A DNA stretch of 64,000 nucleotides from Candidatus Poribacteria bacterium (GTDB lineage: Bacteria; Poribacteria; WGA-4E; WGA-3G), in the NCBI GenBank assembly GCA_965205025.1, contig CBDBFU010000015.1, positions 64,001-128,000 of the forward strand, in the 5' to 3' direction. The position numbers were made by a program, and so were the translations under genes. Under the pieces are notes generated by a model that ran no database searches, had not been told where the DNA came from, and worked only from the letters and a program-made list of their open reading frames with translations. Below, piece after piece: positions 28,821 to 39,684 of the stretch. Every line of letters starts with the position of its first letter. The stretch's first letter is position 1.

Positions 28821-31800
28821 TTATTCATTCTTTTCAAGAAACATTGTTAATACGCGTTGCAGTTCTTTTAATAGTGCCCTACCGTTTAAATTCTCAATTG
28901 AAATCATGAGTTGTGCAGGTGGTCTTAGTTGTAAAATTGAATTATTGTGTATAATTTCCACAAACTTAGTTGGGTCAACTTTAGGATTTTTATCATCAAA
29001 TGTGACCTTAATTTGTTTATTTCCAGCGACAATAGCGGTAATTCCGAGTTTATGACAGTATTGTTTAATACCTGAGATTTCAAGTAGCATTAAAGCCGGT
29101 TCAGGTATTTCACCATATCGATCTTGTAGTTCTTCTATGAGTTTCTGTTTTTCCGATTCGTTTTTTATTGCAGATATTTTTTTATAGATAGATATTTTTT
29201 GTCTACTTTCAGGTATATACTCATCAGGTATGAATGCTTCAATGGGTAAATTTATACTTGTCTCAATGTCTTCCTCAACCTTTTCGCCTTTAAGAGTCTT
29301 TACAGCTTCATCAAGTAGCTTACAGTATAGTTCATAGCCTACTTTAGTAATATGTCCATGTTGTTGTGCACCAAGTATATTACCTGCCCCTCGAATTTCT
29401 AAATCTCTAAGTGCAATTTTGAAGCCGGATCCAAGATCAGTGAATTCTTCTATGACTCTGAGTCGTTTTTGCGCCCCTTCTGTGATAGGTTTGTCAGGAG
29501 GGAAAAACAGATATCCATAAGCCTGTTCATCGGCGCGTCCCACTCTTCCTCGTAGTTGATAAAGTTGTGCTAACCCAAAAGCATCAGCGCGATTAATCAT
29601 GATGGTATTTACATTTGGTATATCTAATCCGGACTCAATAATCATAGTACACACCAGAATATCGTGTTTATGACGAATAAATTCTAACATGACGTTTTCC
29701 AATTCGCGTTCTGGCATCTGTCCGTGTGCAACAGCAATTCGAGCGTTAGGAATAAGATCTTGTATTTTCTCAGCAAAAGATCTTATATCCTTTACTCGAT
29801 TGTGAACAAAAAAGACTTGTCCATCACGAGCTAACTCAGTAGTTATTGCATCTCTAATAACTTTAGTATTATATGGCAACACATGAGTTTGAATTGGTAA
29901 TCTATTCGCTGGTGGTGTATTTATAATACTAAAATCTCTAATTCCAACAAGAGACATATGTAATGTACGCGGAATAGGTGTGGCTGTCAATGTTAAAACA
30001 TCAACAGTTTCCTTATACTGTTTGATTTTTTCTTTATGTTTTACACCAAAACGATGCTCTTCATCTACAATTAGCAATCCAAGATTATCGAATGAAACTG
30101 TATCTGAGAGTAAACTATGTGTACCTATGACAATATCAACAGAACCATCCTCAAGTTTTGATTTTACAGATTGTATCTCTTTTCTGCTACGGAAACGATT
30201 TAACATCTCAACTTGTATTGGAAATGAACTAAAACGTTTCTCAAAAGTATCATAATGTTGTAAAGCTAAAATAGTGGTTGGACAGAGAAGTGCAACCTGT
30301 TTTTCTGACATGACAGCCTTAAATGCTGCTCTTAATGCGACTTCAGTCTTACCGTACCCCACATCTCCGCAGATTAGTCTATCCATAGGACCTATTGCTT
30401 CCATATCAGCTTTGACATCTTCAATAGCTTGAAGTTGGTCGTCTGTTTCTTGAAATGGAAAGAGTGCTTCAAATTCCCCTTCCCATGGCACCTCTGTGGG
30501 AAAACTAAAGCCTTTTTTTGCTTGTCGAATAGCGTATAATTTTAGGAGTTCACCAGCCATCTCTTCAATTGCTGCTTTCGCTCGTCCTTTTTTACTTTCC
30601 CATGCTTTACCACCAAGATGATCTAATACTGGTTTATAGGACTCATCTTTATTACTTACATATTTCTGTACCAAATCCACTTGATATGAGGGGACATATA
30701 GTTTATCATCACCTTTGTATTTTAATATGAGAAAGTCCTGTTCTTGTCCATCAATATCCATTCTACGGATACCTTCATACAAAGCAATCCCGTGAGATAC
30801 ATGAACAACAAAATCCCCCGGTTTCATATCAATTAGACTTAATAAAGGTGCTCCACTTGTATGTCGTTTTGATGTAGTGACTTTGCGTTGTCGACTACCA
30901 AAAATTTCATTTTCAGATATAATTACGAACTTTAGGGATTCACTCAGAAAACCTTCAGAGATAAACCCAACACTAACCATAATTCCTTCAGGTGGTATGT
31001 CTCTTTCAATTAGCATTTCATATACACGTTTTGCTTGCTGGGGTGTTTCACAGAAGACGTTAACTAAAAACTTCTTATTAGTCCACTTTCTGATCTGCTC
31101 AAAAACCATTTGGTAGTTTCCTCTACCAAGTCCAAGTGGTTTCAAGTCGAATTGTAATTCCTCAGTTTCATTAGTAATTTCTTCATTTGAAGTGTTTGTT
31201 GATGTATCTTCAATAGTATTAGATGCTAAAGATAGAGAAATCTTCACAAATTTGTTTATATTCTCATGGATTGTATCATACGAAATGACCAAATTGTCTA
31301 CATTAGCCATTACTTTACCTTCATCAACCCTTCTCTTATATATCTCTTCGAGTTGTTCATGCATTTGATTAACTTCACGAATTTGCCACCTGGGTTCAAT
31401 CATGACGACAATCAAATCATCTGACATGTAATCTGTCAGCATTTCTGTATCGGAGTATAGTAACGGTAAAAAGGCTTCAATTCCATCAATATCTAATGGT
31501 GTACCATCAATTTCAGATAGAGTATTTGATTCAGTCTTATTTGAAAATGTCTGGATAGATTGTGTCATACACCGAATAGAATCGATATACTCAGGTTTAT
31601 TTGAGACCTCCTTCATCATCCATTCAGTCTTGGCTTTCCAATTTGATATAGATATGTCCCCTGGACAGATTTCAGACATAGGTGTAATTACAACTGAAGT
31701 ATCTTGATCTGTCGATACTTGTGATGTTGGATCAAACAATCGAATTTCGTCTATTTCATCTCCAAAAATGTCCAAACGAACCGGTGAATCTGAAGTAAGT

Positions 31801-32423
31801 GGGAATATATCAATAATATCACCTCGTTGAGCGAATTCTCCTTTTACTTCAACGAGTTCAACCTGTTTGTATCCACTTCGATATAGAAAAGTGATAAAAT
31901 CAGTATATTCAATTTCATCACCAATTTGTAGGGTTCTACAGGCGGATGATAGGATAGATTGTTTAGGAAGTTTATAGGAGAGGGATCGAATAGTAGTGAA
32001 AATCACACTTTGATTTGGTTCCGACTGTGGATCGGATGCTTGATTGCTATCCTTTTCTGAAAACAGACTATGTAAACACCGCATCCTTTCAACAGCAATG
32101 TTTGTTGACGGTGATATACCTTCAAATAAAGTGTTTTGCCAAGCAGGGAAGAGAAATAAATTGTGCTGTGTTAAGAAGTCATTTTCATTTCTATTTTTGA
32201 TGGATTCTTGAAATGACTCCACCTCATTCATCACCTGAACAGCTTCACGGTGTGTAGGGAATATAGTAAGAATTGGTCTATTTGGGAAGTCTTCCATTAG
32301 TGCGGTCAGGAAATAAGCAGTTGATGCATTTGGAAGACCTCTGATCCAGGGAGGATTATTTCCATTTTTAAGACATTGAATTATTTTCTGAAAATAATCA
32401 GTATTTTGTAAAAAATCAACCAC
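28821..32423 (-). CDS. mfd: Transcription-repair coupling factor
   Basis: GEFAQRGDIIDIFP, CarD-like VVHVSHGI, GDVGYGKTE, DEEHRFG, QLRGRVGR, RDLEIRGAG. Confidence 0.97.
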   Translation of the reverse strand: MVDFLQNTDYFQKIIQCLKNGNNPPWIRGLPNASTAYFLTALMEDFPNRPILTIFPTHREAVQVMNEVESFQESIKNRNENDFLTQHNLFLFPAWQNTLFEGISPSTNIAVERMRCLHSLFSEKDSNQASDPQSEPNQSVIFTTIRSLSYKLPKQSILSSACRTLQIGDEIEYTDFITFLYRSGYKQVELVEVKGEFAQRGDIIDIFPLTSDSPVRLDIFGDEIDEIRLFDPTSQVSTDQDTSVVITPMSEICPGDISISNWKAKTEWMMKEVSNKPEYIDSIRCMTQSIQTFSNKTESNTLSEIDGTPLDIDGIEAFLPLLYSDTEMLTDYMSDDLIVVMIEPRWQIREVNQMHEQLEEIYKRRVDEGKVMANVDNLVISYDTIHENINKFVKISLSLASNTIEDTSTNTSNEEITNETEELQFDLKPLGLGRGNYQMVFEQIRKWTNKKFLVNVFCETPQQAKRVYEMLIERDIPPEGIMVSVGFISEGFLSESLKFVIISENEIFGSRQRKVTTSKRHTSGAPLLSLIDMKPGDFVVHVSHGIALYEGIRRMDIDGQEQDFLILKYKGDDKLYVPSYQVDLVQKYVSNKDESYKPVLDHLGGKAWESKKGRAKAAIEEMAGELLKLYAIRQAKKGFSFPTEVPWEGEFEALFPFQETDDQLQAIEDVKADMEAIGPMDRLICGDVGYGKTEVALRAAFKAVMSEKQVALLCPTTILALQHYDTFEKRFSSFPIQVEMLNRFRSRKEIQSVKSKLEDGSVDIVIGTHSLLSDTVSFDNLGLLIVDEEHRFGVKHKEKIKQYKETVDVLTLTATPIPRTLHMSLVGIRDFSIINTPPANRLPIQTHVLPYNTKVIRDAITTELARDGQVFFVHNRVKDIRSFAEKIQDLIPNARIAVAHGQMPERELENVMLEFIRHKHDILVCTMIIESGLDIPNVNTIMINRADAFGLAQLYQLRGRVGRADEQAYGYLFFPPDKPITEGAQKRLRVIEEFTDLGSGFKIALRDLEIRGAGNILGAQQHGHITKVGYELYCKLLDEAVKTLKGEKVEEDIETSINLPIEAFIPDEYIPESRQKISIYKKISAIKNESEKQKLIEELQDRYGEIPEPALMLLEISGIKQYCHKLGITAIVAGNKQIKVTFDDKNPKVDPTKFVEIIHNNSILQLRPPAQLMISIENLNGRALLKELQRVLTMFLEKNE

Positions 32424-32433
32424 AAAGTGTTCC

Positions 32434-33264
32434 TTATCGTATTACTTCTCTTTTTACCAATACTGCAGTTGTCTTGCCAATTTTTGTATCTGCTTCAATT
32501 CGAATAGGTAGATGACGGTTATCATCTGTTAACCAAAGACGTGATCCCTCTGAAGTTTGCACCATGAGTGTATTGACTTGCCCTAACCCTTTAACCTTCA
32601 TTCGTTCACCACGTGTTACGTTTAATTCTACTTTAACCACTTTTCCTTTACTTATTAGTGGAAAGTAATATATGTTTCCAGGTGCTAATTGTTTACACCT
32701 AAGAAAGTAGATCATAGAAAGTTCATCTTGTGTACCATTAGGTATTTTAATAACTTTTTTATCCTGTTTCTGAGGAGCTTTTGAGTTTATTTGGGATTTT
32801 TTATTATATACTGCTTCTTCTTCGTTGAAACTAATTTCAACAATTGCACTGTATTTTCTATCTTGAAGTTGATTTCTAAAACGTATAGGTTGTAATTTTT
32901 CAATATTCAGATATGTATACTGTAAACTATGAAATCGATAGAAGCTTACGAGTGCACCTGTCTTGGCTTTTGAGTTAATATGGTAAATAGGTTTATCTTG
33001 GATGGATGTTTTCTTAGTAACATGATCTATTCGTTGTCCTACTGGTGCCCATCCAATTTTAACTTTGTATGTTAATTTTTCTCCTACTGTGATAGGTGGG
33101 TTTTTAACCGTTTTAACATCAACAAGGGAAATCGCAATGATTTCTTGATTTTCTAAGTTTTCTTCAGGCACAACATCTGAAAATGTAAAACCTACACCAA
33201 TTAAAACTAAAAATATAAGGAAGTTCTGAGAATTCACGTTTCTTACTCCAGATTGTATTATCAT
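32434..33264 (-). CDS. DUF3108-like secreted protein
   Basis: GEKLTYKV, QDELSMIYFLR, LWLTDDNRHLPIRI. Confidence 0.7.
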   Translation of the reverse strand: MIIQSGVRNVNSQNFLIFLVLIGVGFTFSDVVPEENLENQEIIAISLVDVKTVKNPPITVGEKLTYKVKIGWAPVGQRIDHVTKKTSIQDKPIYHINSKAKTGALVSFYRFHSLQYTYLNIEKLQPIRFRNQLQDRKYSAIVEISFNEEEAVYNKKSQINSKAPQKQDKKVIKIPNGTQDELSMIYFLRCKQLAPGNIYYFPLISKGKVVKVELNVTRGERMKVKGLGQVNTLMVQTSEGSRLWLTDDNRHLPIRIEADTKIGKTTAVLVKREVIR

Positions 33265-33355
33265 AGACAGAACATAATCCTACCAACAATTCTATTGATA
33301 GTGATTGAACCTGAATAGCTTATATTTCTCAGGGATAACATCATATTGGGTGATG

Positions 33356-33955
33356 TTAAAATTGATGGGTAAATATTAGCGCATTCATTCCACTATTAGT
33401 TAGTTGCATCTGGAGAGAAATTCTTCGATTATTAAAATTCTCAGCAGTTTTTGATGCATCCAATATATTCCAAATATGTATGCCAATACCTGTGATGAGG
33501 AAAAGTGTTCCACGAAGTGTATGGTCTGTAATTCTTGAATCAACTTGATCCCTATCTAAGAAAATATTAGTTTTCTCATCAAAGAAACCTGTTCTGAATT
33601 CATTATGTTCTTTGTAATGAAGAGCGCGTGCTATATTATAAGATGCTAACGAGAATACACCAATTTCAGCTGAAAGGAATACAACTGCCTTTAGGTAGTT
33701 ATCAGCATATGCTTGACCTAACCCTGGCATAGTTGCAGAGAGAATTGTTGCTTTACTCGTGCTTCGAGTAGGATAATATTGATCAGAATGGGAACGGTAT
33801 AATGGATATACAGGATTATCGATATCATTTCGAGATTTATCCTGTTTCTTTAACTTCGTAATATATTTCTGGTATTGAGATTCCTCAGCTACTAATATCT
33901 GAGTATGAAATATTATCTGTGAGATAATAAACAAGAGAATAAGATACCTTTTCAC
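33356..33955 (-). CDS. Hypothetical membrane protein (DUF5683/TM2-like PGLGQ motif)
   Basis: Signal peptide; ATILSATMPGLGQAY; WNILDA. Confidence 0.6.
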   Translation of the reverse strand: MKRYLILLFIISQIIFHTQILVAEESQYQKYITKLKKQDKSRNDIDNPVYPLYRSHSDQYYPTRSTSKATILSATMPGLGQAYADNYLKAVVFLSAEIGVFSLASYNIARALHYKEHNEFRTGFFDEKTNIFLDRDQVDSRITDHTLRGTLFLITGIGIHIWNILDASKTAENFNNRRISLQMQLTNSGMNALIFTHQF

Positions 33956-33972
33956 TATCTATCCTTTAAATG

Positions 33973-34087
33973 ATACCATTTCTAAAGATGTTTCATCCCA
34001 TGAATGGCTGTTATACATATCTTGAAATGTAGCACAAACTGGTAGTTGATGCTACATTTTAGAGAATATAAGTATCAGAAATGGTAT
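33973..34087. mobile_element. Family B MITE-like element
   Basis: TIRs ATACCATTTCT/AGAAATGGTAT; homologous to 16044-16157. Confidence 0.8.
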
Positions 34088-34150
34088 GCGTATCTATATG
34101 TAATCACAACGAATTTTCAATAATATATCAATGTAATCAAATTCGAAGAT

Positions 34151-34945
34151 TTATTTTGGTAATTTAGGTGCTAATTGAATATTCTCTGGATCTGTTTGGT
34201 ATGCCCAATCAAATGTGATTGAATCATCAAACAGTTTTCGTACATGAACTTTAGCGAAGTTTCCATCAGGAGTGTAGAATGCATAAATATGCCCTTCTAT
34301 AGCTTCAACTAAAAGGGTAATATAACCAAATTCTGGAACAGTATCAACATCATCAAAGTTTTCATGATACCCCAAATCCTGCATTGCAGTACCATTGTCC
34401 GAAAAGAAATATGTGATATTAACTTCTGTATCTAATGCAAAATATATGTCAGTAGACCTATCATCCCATGCAATACTACCTTTTTGTGGATGTGAAAAAT
34501 CGAACCCACTTCGTTCTGGAGCAAGTTGGTAGTCATCAAGGCTTATGTTTCTACCTTCAGGTCGTGGCGTATCCCATGCATTTTCTGGACTAAGTTCACT
34601 TTCATTTCCGTTGAAATCATAGGCAGAAACGGCATAATAATAAGTCCTACCGTTTTTTACATCATTATCAGTGTATTCTGTTGTACCTACTGGGAGATCG
34701 GTTAAAGAATCAAAATCTACATTATCTTCGCTTCTCCACACTATGTATCCATCAAGATCATATTCTCCATTTGGATACCATTCAATTCGGACACTGTTAT
34801 CCCCCGTAATAGTTTTTACTCCTCTGGGTGTGGCAGGGGGTTCAAGATCCTCAATTATTTCATTATCAGTAGTACATCCAGCAAGTGTTACAACAAGGAT
34901 TGTCAGAAGTATATACTTACTCATGTATTTTATTGTTCTTAACAT
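34151..34945 (-). CDS. Lipoprotein with a fibronectin type III domain
   Basis: LAGC lipobox; PPATPRG..WYPN..GYIVWRS..YYYAVSAYD..GNESELS. Confidence 0.8.
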   Translation of the reverse strand: MLRTIKYMSKYILLTILVVTLAGCTTDNEIIEDLEPPATPRGVKTITGDNSVRIEWYPNGEYDLDGYIVWRSEDNVDFDSLTDLPVGTTEYTDNDVKNGRTYYYAVSAYDFNGNESELSPENAWDTPRPEGRNISLDDYQLAPERSGFDFSHPQKGSIAWDDRSTDIYFALDTEVNITYFFSDNGTAMQDLGYHENFDDVDTVPEFGYITLLVEAIEGHIYAFYTPDGNFAKVHVRKLFDDSITFDWAYQTDPENIQLAPKLPK

Positions 34946-35208
34946 TCTAATTACTCCAATATTTATTATTGTATATCCATGTGTAACGTAACACTTTTGA
35001 ATTGTGTTGACATTCTTATTATACTATCATTAAATCGGTGTATTTGCAAATGTAAATTGGATGTTAGAGTGGACGATTTCTGAGCTGCTATTTAGCAATT
35101 TATACTTCGTAATTTCGATTCACTTCCATGACAATTAGTCATAAAATGATGTTGCAAGACTTAGTAATCAGCATAGAGAAATTATTGATTCTGAACTAAC
35201 TGAAAATC

Positions 35209-35237
35209 TTGACATATTTTTTTCTATATGCTATATT
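35209..35237 (+). promoter_or_regulatory. Sigma70 promoter TTGACA-N17-TATATT (extended -10) ahead of the pur cluster
   Basis: Direct motif match. Confidence 0.6.
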
Positions 35238-35267
35238 TAATCGTAGTTATAATACAACAATGGAGAT

Positions 35268-35816
35268 GTGATGTCTAATAAGAACAATATACTTCTTACG
35301 TTCAGTCAGGTAGGAGTCGGAATCGTATCATCGGTGGTTGGATGTATTATTTATTTCTTTGTTTTTAAGTTCTTAATTTGGTCTATTATAATAAATGACA
35401 GAGTATCCCACGGGTTTTTAGTTGGAATTCTGTTATTCCTATCTATTGGACTCACCTATGGACTCATTGTTGTTGGAACAAGCCAAGGTATAAGGTTTGT
35501 ATCTCTGCAATTTGATGTAAATATTCCATTTAAACCGGTATTCTCTGGTGCATTTTTAGGTGCACCCGCCGTTGTGGGATTGATTTCACTGCTTAATGTA
35601 CCTTGGGATGACCTTCAAACTAACAACCTTATCCTTACCATTATTCTTCCTATTATAGAAGTTGTAGCATATTTATTATCATTACCAATCCGAATTTGGT
35701 TGCTATTAAATCTTCCAGTTGAAATATTGTATATACTTGCTATACCAATCGGTGCAATTTTGGGATATAGATTATCTAAACTTGACGATGTAGATGTCAG
35801 TGTAGTAGAGTCTTAA
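35268..35816 (+). CDS. Hypothetical integral membrane protein
   Basis: Several hydrophobic helices; GGAG RBS. Confidence 0.7.
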   Translation: MMSNKNNILLTFSQVGVGIVSSVVGCIIYFFVFKFLIWSIIINDRVSHGFLVGILLFLSIGLTYGLIVVGTSQGIRFVSLQFDVNIPFKPVFSGAFLGAPAVVGLISLLNVPWDDLQTNNLILTIILPIIEVVAYLLSLPIRIWLLLNLPVEILYILAIPIGAILGYRLSKLDDVDVSVVES

Positions 35817-35919
35817 AACCATTATATCTTCATTCTTTTCTACCTGTTTGTTCGGTAGTAGGACATAAGATCCTTCTTGTAATTTGCTGTGTATAGTTTT
35901 CATGTAATTCGGAGGTAAT

Positions 35920-37341
35920 GTGTCACGAATGCATTTTGATGATTCCCCCAGAGATGAATGTGGTGTATTCGGTATCTTTGGACACCCTAAAGCTGTAGAA
36001 TTAACCTACTTAGGTTTACGTGCTTTACAGCATAGAGGTCAAGAGAGTAGTGGAATTGTATCTTCAGATGGTGAAAGATTATCATTTCATCATGGTATGG
36101 GACTTGTAGATGCAGTATTCACGAATGATATATTATCACAGTTATCAGGTCATATAGCTATAGGACATAATCGGTATTCAACTGCTGGATCGAGTACACT
36201 TGAAAATGCGCAACCATTAGTGAGGAATTATAAAGAGGGACAACTTGCCCTTGGACATAATGGTAATTTAGTTAATGCCATTCCCATCCGTAATCACCTT
36301 GAGAAAGCTGGCTCAATTTTTAGTACAAGTTTAGATACAGAGGTAATATTTCATTTAATAGCTCATTCAAGACAGAGAAGTTTAGAGGATCGTATTTTTG
36401 ATGCGTTCCGCGCAGTTGAAGGTGCATATTCTTTTGTTGTAATGGATAGAGAAACGTTGATGGGTGCTCGCGATCCGAGTGGTTTTCGTCCATTATGGAT
36501 AGGTAAACTTGGGGAAGCATTTGTCCTTGCCTCTGAAACATGTGCTCTTGATGTAATTGAAGCAGAACCGATTCGAGAAGTAGAACCAGGTGAATTGGTT
36601 ACTTTTAGATCTATTCATCAAGGTTTAGAATCATTTCGTTTCTTACCTAAAAAACCTAACCTATCTCAATGTATTTTCGAATATATTTATCTTGCGCGCC
36701 CTGATGGAAGAATGTTCGGTCAAGGTGTTAATAATACACGTCGTGAATTCGGAAGACAACTTGCCCGTGAGCATCCTGTTAAAGGTGACGTTGTAATTCC
36801 AGTTCCAGATTCTGCTACTATTGCTGCACTTGGTTATGCAGAAGAATCGGGTATTCCATTTGATCTTGGTTTGTCAAGAAATCCTTTTGTCGGACGCACT
36901 TTTATGAATCCTACACAAGACATCAGAGAACTTATGGTTAAAGTCAAGTTAAATCCTATTAGAGAAGTACTTGATGGTAAGAGGGTAATAATGGTTGATG
37001 ATTCAATAATGCGTGGGACCAACAGCAGGAAATTAGTCAAGATAGTTCGTGAAGGTGGTGCTACAGCAGTCCATCTACGTATTGCCTCCCCTCCCAATAA
37101 ATTTCCCTGTTTCTATGGTGTTGATACTCCTACACGTTCAGAATTAATTGCAAGTGAACACACGATAGAAGAGATACGTAAATATATTCGAGCCGATAGT
37201 TTAGGATATGTTAGCATTGAAGGCATGTTGAATTCTGTTGAGTCTCCTGATAATTTCTGTACCGCATGTTTTGATGGGCAGTATCCTGTAGCTATACATG
37301 AAGGTGTTCCACGTCAATTACCTTTAATCTCATCATATTAG
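35920..37341 (+). CDS. purF: Amidophosphoribosyltransferase (propeptide, Fe-S type)
   Basis: ECGVFG, QHRGQE, GHNRYST, VDDSIMRG, PCFYG, CTACF. Confidence 0.97.
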   Translation: MSRMHFDDSPRDECGVFGIFGHPKAVELTYLGLRALQHRGQESSGIVSSDGERLSFHHGMGLVDAVFTNDILSQLSGHIAIGHNRYSTAGSSTLENAQPLVRNYKEGQLALGHNGNLVNAIPIRNHLEKAGSIFSTSLDTEVIFHLIAHSRQRSLEDRIFDAFRAVEGAYSFVVMDRETLMGARDPSGFRPLWIGKLGEAFVLASETCALDVIEAEPIREVEPGELVTFRSIHQGLESFRFLPKKPNLSQCIFEYIYLARPDGRMFGQGVNNTRREFGRQLAREHPVKGDVVIPVPDSATIAALGYAEESGIPFDLGLSRNPFVGRTFMNPTQDIRELMVKVKLNPIREVLDGKRVIMVDDSIMRGTNSRKLVKIVREGGATAVHLRIASPPNKFPCFYGVDTPTRSELIASEHTIEEIRKYIRADSLGYVSIEGMLNSVESPDNFCTACFDGQYPVAIHEGVPRQLPLISSY

Positions 37342-37421
37342 TTATGTAAAATTGATATTACACACTATTGTATTCAACCAGAAAATAATTTAGTTTTCTT
37401 AACTTATGGAAGGATGAGAAA

Positions 37422-37751
37422 TTGTTGAATCGAAACCCAAGAAGAAATCCATTGAGGACACCCGGACGTAAGATCCCAATTGCTGGTTCGGGTATGGGTA
37501 AAGCCGTCCGTAATTCTCTAAGTACTACTCAGGGGACATCTACCCTTAAAATCATCCTATTTTATTCCATACTTGGGATGTTATTGAATTGGCTTCTACC
37601 TGATTTATTACTCTGGTTAAGACCTGATTTTGAACCCTATGATGCAAATTACTATGGTACGATTTGGTCAATTGGAATTACAGGTTTTCTTTTGGTATTA
37701 AGTCTATTAAAGGGATTGATTCTACGTTATAGGTCAAAGCAGGATTTATGA
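37422..37751 (+). CDS. Small hypothetical membrane protein (2 TM)
   Basis: ORF between purF and purM with two hydrophobic segments. Confidence 0.55.
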   Translation: MLNRNPRRNPLRTPGRKIPIAGSGMGKAVRNSLSTTQGTSTLKIILFYSILGMLLNWLLPDLLLWLRPDFEPYDANYYGTIWSIGITGFLLVLSLLKGLILRYRSKQDL

Positions 37752-37804
37752 AACCAATTGAATTGATAGTTTCAGTTGATCATACCAAAAATTAAAGGAA
37801 TGAA

Positions 37805-38851
37805 ATGTCAAAAAATGAATCATTGACATACGCAGATGCTGGTGTATCTTTTGATGCGGAATCTAAGGCTATGCAGCGGATTTCAGGTCATATTAAATCC
37901 ACCTACCGAAAAGAAGTAATTAGTGGTTTAGGTAGTTTTGGTGGTTTATTCGCAATGGGATCCTATAAAGAACCCATACTTGTCAGTAGTACAGACAGTG
38001 TTGGCACTAAGCTAATGGTCGCTTTTCAAGTTGAGAAACATGATACAGTTGGTATTGATATAGTTATACATTGTGGCAACGATATTGTAGTTCAAGGAGC
38101 AGAGCCACTCTTCTTCTTGGATTACATTGGTATAGGAAAAATGGACCCCGATGTTATCGAACAGATAATTATAGGACTTACAAAGGGTTGCCGAGAAATT
38201 GGATGTGCATTGATTAGTGGGGAGACGGCAGAACTTCCCGGATTATATACACCTGGAGAATATGACCTTGTTGGTACAATCGTAGGAGTGGTTGAAAAAG
38301 ATGAATTGATTACAGGAAGCAATATTCAACCTGGGGACAAACTGATAGGTTTAAAATCTGCTGGACTTCATACAAATGGATATTCACTTGCAAGACGTAT
38401 TTTATTTGACCGATGTAAATATAATGTAGATACTTATCATTCAGACTTGGATTCAACCATTGGAGAGGAATTACTTATACCTCATAGGAGTTATGTCCAA
38501 TGTATCCAATTACTACGTCAAAAATGTGAGATTAAAGGTTTAGCTCATATTACAGGTGGTGGATTACCTGGCAATGTAAATCGGATTCTTCCTGATGGAT
38601 GCCGGGTATTGATAGAAAAGGATAGTTGGGATGTTCCAATTATTTTCTCAATACTTCAAAAGGAAGGTAATGTTGAAGAATCTGAAATGTATAGAGTCTT
38701 CAATATGGGGATTGGTATGGTAATTGTTGTCTCAGATAACACAGTTAATACTGTATTGGCATATCTAAAGGATATTGATGAAACACCGATACAGTTAGGA
38801 GAAATTATTCCAGGCGAAAAGGGAGTTGAGCTGTGTATGGGGCAATTATAA
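37805..38851 (+). CDS. purM: Phosphoribosylformylglycinamidine cyclo-ligase (AIR synthase)
   Basis: LTYADAGV, GSFGGLF, DSVGTK, GETAELPG, GLHTNGYSL, HITGGG, FNMGIG. Confidence 0.97.
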   Translation: MSKNESLTYADAGVSFDAESKAMQRISGHIKSTYRKEVISGLGSFGGLFAMGSYKEPILVSSTDSVGTKLMVAFQVEKHDTVGIDIVIHCGNDIVVQGAEPLFFLDYIGIGKMDPDVIEQIIIGLTKGCREIGCALISGETAELPGLYTPGEYDLVGTIVGVVEKDELITGSNIQPGDKLIGLKSAGLHTNGYSLARRILFDRCKYNVDTYHSDLDSTIGEELLIPHRSYVQCIQLLRQKCEIKGLAHITGGGLPGNVNRILPDGCRVLIEKDSWDVPIIFSILQKEGNVEESEMYRVFNMGIGMVIVVSDNTVNTVLAYLKDIDETPIQLGEIIPGEKGVELCMGQL

Positions 38852-39636
38852 GTGAGGAATCAATCCAAGAATTGACTGAGATTTTTAGGAATACTCCATT
38901 ACCTATAATTATGGGCGCAATTGAACAGATAGATAATAATGAAATAGCAGTATTCTTACTACTTATGGATAAGGTAAGTTCTGGAATTCCTGCAGATGAA
39001 TCGGATGTAATACACAAAACACTAACTCAATCGGAAAATGACAATACCGAAACGGATGCAGAAAAGAATTTAGCAAATTATGCTCAGCAAATTCTTGCTG
39101 AACTTTCATTTGCAAAACAGGTAAGAGTTAGTGAGAAAATCGCTTCAACAGAAATGGTAGAATCTGAAGAAGCAGGACAAATTTGGAATGACTTTACAGA
39201 TAGAATTAAAAGAGTTCTTGAAAAAACACTGTTCTTTGGAAATGGAGCAAAAAACCTTGCCAAACTATTAGAACAAGTTGACATTGAAAAACAGAATAAA
39301 CTAATGGAATTGCTTCAAGATAGCAATCCTGAATTAGCACATACAGTGGGTGATCATTTATTTACTTTTGAGGATATTGTTGACATCCCAAAGGAAGCTA
39401 TTCTAACAGTATTACAAGTTGTTGCACCGAACACATTGGCAATAGCTCTTCACGATGCAACGGAACCCTTAGTAGAAAGATTCTTTGAGAATATGTCGCC
39501 TGAACAGATTACGAATGTGGAATCTGAGATAAAACAACTGACGTTTGAACAAAAGCAGATAAGTAATACCGCGCGGCAATCTATTGTCAATCTATTACGG
39601 AATTTTGCTGGAAAAGGGATTCTGAAACTAAGGTAA
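38833..39636 (+). CDS. Protein resembling FliG middle/C-terminal domains
   Basis: NPELAHTVGDHLFTFEDIV..LAIAL..FFENMS, similar to the FliG-C signature; overlaps the purM end. Confidence 0.65.
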   Translation: MYGAIISEESIQELTEIFRNTPLPIIMGAIEQIDNNEIAVFLLLMDKVSSGIPADESDVIHKTLTQSENDNTETDAEKNLANYAQQILAELSFAKQVRVSEKIASTEMVESEEAGQIWNDFTDRIKRVLEKTLFFGNGAKNLAKLLEQVDIEKQNKLMELLQDSNPELAHTVGDHLFTFEDIVDIPKEAILTVLQVVAPNTLAIALHDATEPLVERFFENMSPEQITNVESEIKQLTFEQKQISNTARQSIVNLLRNFAGKGILKLR

Positions 39637-39684
39637 TACTAATAATTTTTGACCATGTAGTTTTTGTATGAAGCGTTAGTCATC

